From the IMG/VR virus record IMGVR_UViG_3300025769_000044: a stretch of 33,961 bases of DNA; one strand, written 5' to 3'. Below are positions 1 to 6,788 of the stretch, one piece after another. Every line of letters starts with the position of its first letter. The first letter of the stretch is position 1. The notes under the pieces are model-generated. The model searched no databases, had not been told where the DNA came from, and worked only from the letters and a program-made list of their open reading frames with translations. Position numbers and translations under genes: made by a program. Origin of the DNA: a virus.

Positions 1-127
1 CATCTAAAGTTCTTATTTTTACCTCGTATTTTGAAAACATCTTTCCCATACGGGTAGTAATGATCCCCATTTTGAGTGATTTTTACCCCATATTTCTCCA
101 GAGTGCTTTGTTTGATGTTTCTATCGG
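1..127. repeat. Terminal direct repeat copy 1 (identical to 33835..33961), marking circular closure
   Basis: Bases 1-127 (catctaaagttcttatttttacc...gatgtttctatcgg) recur exactly at 33835-33961. Read directly from the sequence. Confidence 0.97.
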
Positions 128-389
128 TTATGCCCTGTGGCTTGAATACAGGCTCACTAGCGTCTTTCTGTGCTTTTGGGTGTATAGATAACACTTCCGC
201 GGTAGAAATGCTCTGGTGAGCTTCTGTGGGCTTTTTATCACGCTTTAATGGTTTATTACACTTGTAGCAGAAGAAATAACTGCTTCCATCCTCCTTTTCA
301 TACTCTCCCACGTTTGAGCTGCCAGAGTCTGAGCAGTTCACGATCTGAGAGCATGGTAAATTACGAATAAATTTACTTTTAGTTTTCAT
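1..389 (-). CDS. Primase-helicase (T7 gp4-like), N-terminal zinc-finger/primase part; the gene wraps the circular junction
   Basis: Minus-strand ATG at 389-387 follows GAGGA. Hand translation gives MKTKSKFIRNLPCSQIVNCSDSGSSNVGEYEKEDGSSYFFCYKCNKPLKRD...ITDRNIKQSTLEKYGVKITQNGDHYYPYGKDVFKIRGKNKNF. It has a Cys4-type finger resembling T7 gp4 (C..NC..S...FCYxC). The frame runs off base 1 and joins in frame to the ORF ending at 32568 (262 + 1394 nt = 552 codons once the 127-bp duplicate is removed). Confidence 0.85.
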   Translation of the reverse strand, partial: MKTKSKFIRNLPCSQIVNCSDSGSSNVGEYEKEDGSSYFFCYKCNKPLKRDKKPTEAHQSISTAEVLSIHPKAQKDASEPVFKPQGITDRNIKQSTLEKYGVKITQNGDHYYPYGKDVFKIRGKNKNFR

Positions 390-518
390 AAATTCCTCAT
401 TATTGAGACTACATAGTTATTATAATACATAGTAATAATAATCATAATAATAATTATTATAATACATAATAATATATTACATAGTAATAACATATTTTAC
501 AGCAAATGTAAATAACAC
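390..518. promoter_or_regulatory. Extremely AT-rich iteron/palindrome region upstream of primase-helicase; candidate replication origin or regulatory site
   Basis: 15-nt direct repeat ttattataatacata at 417-431 and 454-468. acatagtaataa occurs at 427-438 and 479-490, and acatagtta at 411-419. Perfect 14-bp palindrome ataataattattat at 447-460. The region is almost free of G and C and has no ORF. Confidence 0.5.
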
Positions 519-707
519 TTAAGTATCACTCAAGTGTACATTGTCGTTTATATCCAACACTTCTGCTCCGCTTGAGTACCCAAAATTATCATCTAATTCA
601 GGCAACGGTAAACAGTTTACGCATAGCTGGACTCTTTCATTGGTGTTACTACCTATTATATTGTCTTCCTGATGATCTAATATACAATCACATGATAAAC
701 ACTTCAT
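519..707 (-). CDS. Small zinc-ribbon-like protein (62 aa), early operon
   Basis: MKCLSCDC...LCVNC gives two Cys pairs. Its ATG overlaps the upstream stop in an ATGA context, which suggests translational coupling. Confidence 0.5.
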   Translation of the reverse strand: MKCLSCDCILDHQEDNIIGSNTNERVQLCVNCLPLPELDDNFGYSSGAEVLDINDNVHLSDT

Positions 708-931
708 TATTTATTCTCCTTAGTTTTTAATTTTACGAACTCAATAATATGCTGAATAATTAACCAGACGTTTAAACAGCCTATTCCGAATATTATAGCA
801 CAAGCGATAATAACGTCTTTTAACGTAAAATCAGCAATACCCATGAACATCGAACCAGCGGTAAACATCACCACCGCGAACGCTACAAACAAGCTGGTAA
901 TATCTAAAACTACTTTTATTTTATCTTTCAT
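707..931 (-). CDS. Small membrane protein (74 aa, 2 predicted TM helices), early operon
   Basis: Hydrophobic stretches ITSLFVAFAVVMFTAGSMFMGI and VIIACAIIFGIGCLNVWLII. 4-nt overlap with the upstream ORF. Confidence 0.55.
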   Translation of the reverse strand: MKDKIKVVLDITSLFVAFAVVMFTAGSMFMGIADFTLKDVIIACAIIFGIGCLNVWLIIQHIIEFVKLKTKENK

Positions 932-1176
932 TGTTTATACTCCTCACCGTCTAAAAAGTCAATATCGTCATAAACATTAAAATGAACATTAAAAGGGCAT
1001 TTGTGCCAAGTAGCAAACTTTGATATTTCATAACTAGAACCATTCCCGTTATTCAATGAGTTTTCAACATCGTAACACCACTCATCAAAAACCATGTTTT
1101 CAAAGTTTTGAAGTTTTAAATTATTTTCTAAGGCTTCCCGAAGTTTTGCTTTTCCAGACTCGTTTAATACTTTCAT
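928..1176 (-). CDS. Small acidic hypothetical protein (82 aa), early operon
   Basis: Open frame in the tightly packed leftward operon. About 15 D/E against about 8 K/R by my count. No motif recognised. Confidence 0.5.
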   Translation of the reverse strand: MKVLNESGKAKLREALENNLKLQNFENMVFDEWCYDVENSLNNGNGSSYEISKFATWHKCPFNVHFNVYDDIDFLDGEEYKQ

Positions 1177-1178
1177 TA

Positions 1179-1409
1179 TTATTTCCCCTTCACAATTGAG
1201 TTAATATAATCTTGATCGACCTTACGACCAATATCTTTACCTCTTAAATACTTATTGATATGCTTTGTAGTAGTAGCTGAGTAATGATTACTAGTTCTGA
1301 ATGCTCCGCTATCATCCCAGCCAGCTACAGGCGTAGAATAGCTAAATAATACAGATAAACCATTAATGTTTAATTCTGTCATATTGCTACCAATAGATTT
1401 TATTTTCAT
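1179..1409 (-). CDS. Small hypothetical protein (76 aa), first gene after promoter PL2
   Basis: ATG preceded by AAGGA-N7. The sequence ...SYSTPVAGWDDSGAFRTSNHYSATTTKHINKYL... looks like a conserved small phage protein, but I cannot name the family. Confidence 0.55.
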   Translation of the reverse strand: MKIKSIGSNMTELNINGLSVLFSYSTPVAGWDDSGAFRTSNHYSATTTKHINKYLRGKDIGRKVDQDYINSIVKGK

Positions 1410-1450
1410 TTTTATTTCCTTTCAAAGTTTACTAATTAACATAATAGAAG

Positions 1451-1479
1451 ACTCTAGCAAAGAGCCTTCGATATGTCAA
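1451..1479 (-). promoter_or_regulatory. Sigma70-type promoter PL2 (leftward)
   Basis: The minus strand reads aatacTTGACA-tatcgaaggctctt-TGC-TAGAGT: consensus -35, 17-nt spacer, extended -10 TGn. It lies in the 73-nt gap between the SprT-like gene and the 76-aa ORF. Confidence 0.7.
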
Positions 1480-1482
1480 GTA

Positions 1483-2109
1483 TTATTTCATATCACTATC
1501 ACAGATAGGGCATATACTAACAAAGTCTCTATCATACACTTGATAATTTTTATCAATCGATAAGTCTATATATTTTTGAGTCTGTCTATAACTGTTATCG
1601 CAACCAACGCAAGAAACTTTAATTAATCTAGCCTTTTGTTTTTTGGTTCCGCTCTCTAGTTTCATTTTATCGTGCGGATAATCACCCAGTTTTGAATCTA
1701 TTACAGGCTTATACTTATTGATAAACTCTTCACTAGCTTCTGTTGCTGTAGGCTTACCAGTTAATCCAACAGCATAAGCAAGACGTTTAAACGGTGTACC
1801 ATGTCCACTAATTAAGCCGTCGATAGCGTGGCATAACTCATGCGTGAGAATATCAAGTACTCTCATTGGGTTATCTTCTTTAGCAGTAATAAATATCTCA
1901 TAATGTCCGCCATCGCTTGCTTTGTCGCTCCAGCAAGTACCAATTGCTTTACCTCTAGTGGGTTGTGTTACTGATACCTTAACCGATGGAAAAGGTTTAT
2001 TAAAATGCGGATACTTACCAGCTAGTAATTTCTTTTGCTTTACTAATTCTGGCTCTAGTTCCTTTACAGCGCCATTGAGCCATTCTTCTCTGGTGTTATA
2101 TTTAATCAT
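1483..2109 (-). CDS. SprT-like zinc metalloprotease with C-terminal zinc ribbon (208 aa)
   Basis: Contains HELCHAIDGLISGHGTPF (HExxH followed by HG..F, as in SprT-like domains). C-terminal Cys pairs are CVGCDNSY...CPICDS. RBS is AGGAGG-N8-ATG. It is the first gene of the leftward early operon. Confidence 0.75.
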   Translation of the reverse strand: MIKYNTREEWLNGAVKELEPELVKQKKLLAGKYPHFNKPFPSVKVSVTQPTRGKAIGTCWSDKASDGGHYEIFITAKEDNPMRVLDILTHELCHAIDGLISGHGTPFKRLAYAVGLTGKPTATEASEEFINKYKPVIDSKLGDYPHDKMKLESGTKKQKARLIKVSCVGCDNSYRQTQKYIDLSIDKNYQVYDRDFVSICPICDSDMK

Positions 2110-2147
2110 TAATAATACCTCCTAGTCGTTTAAATGTTCACCCTTTC

Positions 2148-2176
2148 AATGTAAGTGTACTATTATTAAATGTCAA
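2148..2176 (-). promoter_or_regulatory. Sigma70-type promoter PL1 (leftward)
   Basis: The minus strand reads aaaatacTTGACA-N17-TACATT, about 35 nt upstream of the AGGAGG RBS of the SprT-like gene. It shares the AATACTTGAC upstream context with PL2 and the 6455 promoter. Confidence 0.6.
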
Positions 2177-2339
2177 GTATTTTTTATGTAATTAATTGTA
2201 TTTTATTTTTCTATTAATTGTTTTAATTTGATAGTTTAAAACTATGATAACTGATTGATACTAAAGTATAATATACTAAAGTATTAGATGCACCGAGATT
2301 GTGCATAATGCTACGTTGTGGTGCAACATAGAATCACAC

Positions 2340-2358
2340 GCGAGAATCATGCCAACTT
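2340..2358 (+). repeat. 19-nt direct repeat copy 1 (gcGagaatcatgccaactt); candidate operator
   Basis: Matches 2455-2473 at 18 of 19 positions, with a 16-nt exact core agaatcatgccaactt. The 9-nt core atcatgcca recurs at 2399-2407 inside promoter P1. Confidence 0.8.
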
Positions 2359-2382
2359 TACAATCATAACTGTAAACTTTAG

Positions 2383-2410
2383 TTGACACTAGCAATTATC
2401 ATGCCATAAT
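2383..2410 (+). promoter_or_regulatory. Sigma70-type promoter P1 (rightward)
   Basis: TTGACA (2383-2388), 16-nt spacer, CATAAT (2405-2410). The spacer and -10 contain the atcatgcca repeat core. Confidence 0.65.
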
Positions 2411-2435
2411 GTCCCTGGTGATTGAGTGGTTATTG

Positions 2436-2451
2436 TGGCACAGAAATTGCT
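2436..2451 (+). promoter_or_regulatory. Exact sigma54 -24/-12 core match (TGGCAC-N5-TTGCT)
   Basis: 2436-2451 reads TGGCACagaaaTTGCT, which matches the TGGCAC-N5-TTGCW consensus. It lies in the main intergenic control region and points toward the structural arm. It may be a chance match. Confidence 0.35.
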
Positions 2452-2454
2452 ATA

Positions 2455-2473
2455 GCAAGAATCATGCCAACTT
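2455..2473 (+). repeat. 19-nt direct repeat copy 2 (gcAagaatcatgccaactt)
   Basis: See 2340-2358. This copy starts 4 nt after the TTGC of the sigma54-like element. Confidence 0.8.
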
Positions 2474-2547
2474 GATTGATATGGGGGGAGGGGGTATGTT
2501 GTAGTGTTGTATTTATGCTGAACCCACACCGACACTAAAAAAAGTAG

Positions 2548-2576
2548 TTGACAAATCAATAAAAATATGCTAGAAT
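2548..2576 (+). promoter_or_regulatory. Sigma70-type promoter P2 (rightward, extended -10)
   Basis: TTGACA (2548-2553), 17-nt spacer ending in TGC, TAGAAT (2571-2576). It is the last promoter before the first rightward gene. Confidence 0.75.
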
Positions 2577-2664
2577 TATGCTTTTGAAGAAAGAGTCTAT
2601 ATAGTCATACTGGACATTCAGTTTCATAGTAATTAATTATTAATAATCATTTATTATTCTTATT

Positions 2665-3198
2665 ATGAATTACTATGAACATTATAACTATATTGACCTA
2701 TATAATGAGTATAGGAAATCAATGGATATCGAACACTCTAAGAATATTGAGGAGGAGTTAAAAGACTCTACTCAAAGCTCAATAGAACAAGAGAAGAAAA
2801 GAACATACGCTACTAAAGCCAAGACTCTCACACCAGTAGGCACTAAAGTAAAGAGAAGACCTGGTAGACCCTCTAAGAAGGAAATGGAGTATGTTGCTCT
2901 CAAAACAAAGAGAAAAAAGAGTTCTCTTGTCTCAAAACGAGAAGAAACACAAAAGATTAGAGAACTTATGGCTAGGATGCTCATTACCAATGGTGACAGG
3001 GTTCTCAAGAAAACAATAGACATAGCCATGACTGATGAACACCCACATCAGATGGCAGCACTGAAGCTACTAATGGATAGAGCATTACCTACTTCTATAT
3101 TTGAAAAAGACAAACAACTAAACAAAGGAATAACAATCAATATATCATCAGCAGCAGAACCAAAACCTATAGTAATAGAGGATTCTGATGGAGCTTGA
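2665..3198 (+). CDS. Putative small terminase / DNA-binding packaging protein (177 aa; 158 aa if ATG 2722 is used)
   Basis: Lies immediately upstream of terL and overlaps it by 11 nt. The protein is basic, with an AT-hook-like RRPGRPSKK. The ATG at 2722 has a better RBS (AGGA-N5) than the one at 2665, which has none. Confidence 0.5.
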   Translation: MNYYEHYNYIDLYNEYRKSMDIEHSKNIEEELKDSTQSSIEQEKKRTYATKAKTLTPVGTKVKRRPGRPSKKEMEYVALKTKRKKSSLVSKREETQKIRELMARMLITNGDRVLKKTIDIAMTDEHPHQMAALKLLMDRALPTSIFEKDKQLNKGITINISSAAEPKPIVIEDSDGA

Positions 3199-4441
3199 TG
3201 TAAAGTTATTATCATGGCAACAGAAGGTATGGAATGACCCTACCAGGTTCAAAGTAGTAGTAGCTGGTAGAAGAACTGGTAAATCCAGACTAGCAGCATG
3301 GTTATTAATTATTAATGCTCTTCAAACTGAGAAAGGTCATGTCTGGTACATAGCCAACACTCAGGGACAGGCTAGAGATGTAATGTGGTCTACTCTTCTT
3401 GAGTTAGGACACCCAGTAGTAGATTCTAGTCATATTAATAATCTACAGATTAAACTCATCAATGGTACTACAATATCATTGAAAGGTGCAGATAGACCAG
3501 AGACAATGCGTGGAGTATCTCTAAAGTTTGTTGTAATGGACGAGTATGGCTCTATGAAGTCAGAGGTATGGGAAACTATTATCAGACCTGCTCTAGCTGA
3601 CCAGAAAGGCTCTGCGTTGTTTATAGGCACACCTTATGGTAGAAACCATTTCTTTGACCTCTTTAACTACGCTAACGATAGCGGTGATTCAGAGTTCAAA
3701 GCATGGCATTTTAATTCTTTTGATAATGATTTACTAGACCCAAAAGAAATAGAAGCAGCTAGGAAGTCAATGTCTAGCTTTGCTTTCAGACAAGAGTTTA
3801 TGGCTTCTTTTGAAGCTGCTAGTGGTGGTTTATTCAAAGAAGACTGGATACAGTATGATGAACAAGAACCAGAAAGAGGTAGATGGTATATAGCTTGTGA
3901 TATTGCAGGATTCTCTGACGTACCTAATGCTAACACTGCTAGGAAAAAAAGATTAGACCACACCGCTATAGCAATAGTAAAAGTAGATGAAGATAGATGG
4001 TGGGTTCATAGTATAGAATATGGTCGATGGAATATTAAGAAGACTGCTTCTAAGATATTTCAAGCAGTAACAGACTTTCAGCCTTTGTGTGTAGGAATAG
4101 AAAAAGGTGTTGGTAAAAATGCAATAATGAGTTACTTGTCAGATATGATGCGTCAATACAACACATACTTCAAATTAGAAGATGTAACTCATGGAAACAA
4201 GAAAAAGATTGATAGAATTACATGGGCATTACAGGGTAGGTTTGAGCATGGTAAGATTACTCTGAATAAAGGAGAATGGAATAAAGAGTTCTTAGATCAG
4301 TTGTTACAGTTTCCTAACCCACAGGTGCATGATGATTTAATAGATGCTTTGTCGTATATCACACAGGTACAGATACCAGAATATACTACATACTATGAAG
4401 AAGAAGAATACGAACCACTAGACATGATAACAGGCTACTAA
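3188..4441 (+). CDS. terL: Terminase large subunit (417 aa)
   Basis: Walker A VVVAGRRTGKS, Walker B KFVVMDEYG, and nuclease-domain acidic motifs YIACDIAG, DHTAIAIV and VHDDLIDAL. Confidence 0.9.
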   Translation: MELDVKLLSWQQKVWNDPTRFKVVVAGRRTGKSRLAAWLLIINALQTEKGHVWYIANTQGQARDVMWSTLLELGHPVVDSSHINNLQIKLINGTTISLKGADRPETMRGVSLKFVVMDEYGSMKSEVWETIIRPALADQKGSALFIGTPYGRNHFFDLFNYANDSGDSEFKAWHFNSFDNDLLDPKEIEAARKSMSSFAFRQEFMASFEAASGGLFKEDWIQYDEQEPERGRWYIACDIAGFSDVPNANTARKKRLDHTAIAIVKVDEDRWWVHSIEYGRWNIKKTASKIFQAVTDFQPLCVGIEKGVGKNAIMSYLSDMMRQYNTYFKLEDVTHGNKKKIDRITWALQGRFEHGKITLNKGEWNKEFLDQLLQFPNPQVHDDLIDALSYITQVQIPEYTTYYEEEEYEPLDMITGY

Positions 4442-4484
4442 GCAGTATACCGTTATGTGTACCACCCCCTAAAAGGAAAACAAT

Positions 4485-6458
4485 ATGTATGATGACAGTA
4501 AAACAGTAAATCCTCTTGTATCCTGGGTACTAGGTCAATGTGACCAATGGAAAGTACACAGAGATACAAACTATCTGGACAAGTGGCAAGAGTATGAAAG
4601 ATTGTTTAGAGGTATCTTTGACCCAGCAGACAAAACCAGAGATTCTGAAAGAGCCAGAATAATCACTCCTGCACTGCAACAAGCAATAGAGTCACACACA
4701 GCAGAAATAGAAGAAGCTGTGTTTGGTAGAGGAGAGAAGTTCTTTGATATTACTGATGATGGTTTTGATCCACAGAAGATTGACATTCAGATGATTCGTA
4801 GTCAGATGATAGAAGACTTCAAGAAGGGTAACGTAAGAAAGTCAATCTCTGATATTATCTTACTATCTGCAATCTATGGTAACGGTATTGGTGAGATTAC
4901 TGTATATGAGAAGAAAGAACTAATACCAGCTATGCAACCAGTAGTAGAGATGGGTATTACAGCAGTAGGAGTACAAGAGAAAACAAGGTTCTGTGTTGGA
5001 CTCAAACCAATCACACCATACAACTTCTTGATAGACCCCTCTGCAAGCAACGTACAGGAGGCTCTAGGCTGTGCTATTGAAGAACTGGTATCTATCCACT
5101 CTGTAGTAGCAGCAATGGAGTCAGGAGTCTATGAGACTGTCTCAGACCTATCTCAGTATGCTATAGAGACTGATTTAGAACCATCACAAGAAGTATCTGA
5201 TTATCAAGAGAACAGAGTTAAGTTGTTAAGATACTATGGACTCATACCAAAGTATATGATAGAGAATCAAGATGATTCAGAAAAGTATGAAGAAGTATTC
5301 AACAAACAAGCAGATGAGTATGGTACTCAAGCAGCAGACTTTAGTGACCTTGTAGAAGGAATAGTAGTCATAGCTAATGAGCAGTATTTACTCAAAGCAG
5401 AAGAGTCACCATACATGATGAAAGATAGACCTATTGTTTCTTTTCAAAATGATAGTGTTCCTAATCGTTTCTGGGGTCGTGGTATTGCTGAGAAGGGCTA
5501 CAATATGCAAAAGGCTATTGATGCTCAAGTGCGTTCACACCTTGACAGCGTAGCACTAGCTACAGTACCTATGATGGCTATGGATGCTACCAGACTACCT
5601 AGAGGTGCTAGGTTTGAAGTAAAACCTGGTAAGACTATTCTTACTAATGGTAATCCAGCAGAGATACTGTATCCATTTAAGATAGGTTCAGTAGATGGCT
5701 CTAATATCAACACTGCTACTTCCTTTATGAATATGCTATTAATGGCTACAGGAACAATAGATAGTTCATCATTACAAGCGATGACTACTGCTGAAGGAGC
5801 AGGATTATCTGTAGCATTATCATCAATCATAAAGAAAAACAAGAGGACATTAATAAACTTTCAAGAACAGTTCTTAATTCCATTTATAACTAAGTCTGCA
5901 CATAGGTTTATGCAGTTTGAACCTGAGAAGTATCCTGCACAAGACTTTGTTTTTATTCCTTCTAGTAATCTTGGTATCATAGCTAGAGAGCATGAGCAGA
6001 TGCAGTTTATGAATTTACTGAAAACACTAGGTGCAGAATCACCAATTGTACCATTAGTTCTATCTGCAATCATAGAAAACTCTAGTTTGAACAACAGAGA
6101 ACAGCTTATACAACAGCTACAGCAGATGATGCAACCTAATCCACAGGAAGCACAGTCACAACAAGCTGCTATACAGCTACAATTACAGAAAGCACAGCTA
6201 GAATTAGCTGATTTACAAGCAGATGTACAGCTAAAACAGGCTAAAGCACAAGGAGAAACGGTAGAAACACAGTTAAAACCAGTAGAAACACAGGCTAAGA
6301 TAGCTGCTAGTGCTTCTAAGTACCTTGGAGACGCAGATGACCCTTCAAAAGAGTTTGAAAGACGTATAAAACTAGCAAATGTGGCTTTAAAAGAGAAAGA
6401 TATAGACACAAAAGCTAGAATTGCAGAATTACAACTACAATCTTCAAGAAATACTTGA
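4485..6458 (+). CDS. Portal (head-tail connector) protein (657 aa)
   Basis: Large ORF directly after terL, with size and position typical of a podovirus portal. The C-terminus is a Gln-rich coiled coil (QQLQQMMQPNPQEAQSQQAAIQLQLQKAQLELADLQ). The call rests on synteny; I could verify no motif by eye. Confidence 0.7.
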   Translation: MYDDSKTVNPLVSWVLGQCDQWKVHRDTNYLDKWQEYERLFRGIFDPADKTRDSERARIITPALQQAIESHTAEIEEAVFGRGEKFFDITDDGFDPQKIDIQMIRSQMIEDFKKGNVRKSISDIILLSAIYGNGIGEITVYEKKELIPAMQPVVEMGITAVGVQEKTRFCVGLKPITPYNFLIDPSASNVQEALGCAIEELVSIHSVVAAMESGVYETVSDLSQYAIETDLEPSQEVSDYQENRVKLLRYYGLIPKYMIENQDDSEKYEEVFNKQADEYGTQAADFSDLVEGIVVIANEQYLLKAEESPYMMKDRPIVSFQNDSVPNRFWGRGIAEKGYNMQKAIDAQVRSHLDSVALATVPMMAMDATRLPRGARFEVKPGKTILTNGNPAEILYPFKIGSVDGSNINTATSFMNMLLMATGTIDSSSLQAMTTAEGAGLSVALSSIIKKNKRTLINFQEQFLIPFITKSAHRFMQFEPEKYPAQDFVFIPSSNLGIIAREHEQMQFMNLLKTLGAESPIVPLVLSAIIENSSLNNREQLIQQLQQMMQPNPQEAQSQQAAIQLQLQKAQLELADLQADVQLKQAKAQGETVETQLKPVETQAKIAASASKYLGDADDPSKEFERRIKLANVALKEKDIDTKARIAELQLQSSRNT

Positions 6459-6483
6459 CTTTTACAAAAAAGTGTGCTATAAT
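6455..6483 (+). promoter_or_regulatory. Sigma70-type promoter P3 (internal, extended -10)
   Basis: aatacTTGACT (the -35 overlaps the portal stop codon), 17-nt spacer ending in TGC, consensus TATAAT (6478-6483). Confidence 0.75.
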
Positions 6484-6512
6484 CACGCAATAATAAAGCA
6501 AAAAACGTGCCA

Positions 6513-6788
6513 ATGGATAAAAAAATATTAAATTACTATGATAACCGTTTTTCAATGATGTCTTCACCAGGTTGGAAAGACTTGATGGAAGATTTACAAA
6601 AAATGTATGATGAATACAAAAGTGTTCAGAACTGTGAAACTAGTGAAGATTTTCATTTTGCTAAAGGACAGGTAGATATACTAAAGTATATGTTAGGGTT
6701 AAAAAATATGTCTGAAAAGGTATATGAAGATTTATGTGCAGAAGAAGAAGCACACCCTAATGAAGACTTAATGTATGTGAACACATAA
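6513..6788 (+). CDS. Hypothetical protein (91 aa from ATG 6513; the track starts at GTG 6507)
   Basis: Open frame just downstream of P3, in the slot between portal and scaffold. No motif recognised. Confidence 0.55.
   Translation: MDKKILNYYDNRFSMMSSPGWKDLMEDLQKMYDEYKSVQNCETSEDFHFAKGQVDILKYMLGLKNMSEKVYEDLCAEEEAHPNEDLMYVNT

Noticed and set aside
1-127. The terminal direct repeat as a genuine phage DTR, or as LTR/IS ends of a mobile element
   Set aside because: It lies in the middle of the primase-helicase coding sequence, and joining the ends restores one intact ORF. Its length of 127 nt fits an assembly k-mer overlap. There is no transposase and there are no inverted ends.
400-500. The repeated AT-rich units as a CRISPR array or satellite
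   Set aside because: The repeats are 12-15 nt, irregularly spaced, and have no unique spacers. No cas genes are present. They are better explained as iterons or low-complexity regulatory DNA.
2481-2504. Mini-ORF ATG GGG GGA GGG GGT ATG TTG TAG (MGGGGML) as a glycine-sensing leader peptide for a genome that encodes a Gly-rich protein
   Set aside because: It has no Shine-Dalgarno sequence upstream and no associated terminator/antiterminator structure that I could fold by eye. The G-tract is reported only as a sequence oddity.
5861-6490. 209-aa Cys/Ser/Ala-rich ORF on the minus strand, the longest unexplained ORF in the track
   Set aside because: It is exactly antisense to the Gln/Ala-rich (CAG/GCT-repeat) C-terminal coiled coil of the portal gene. 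Such low-complexity codon runs stay open on the opposite strand by chance. It has no RBS, and its composition (CSCC.., SCNS..) is implausible.
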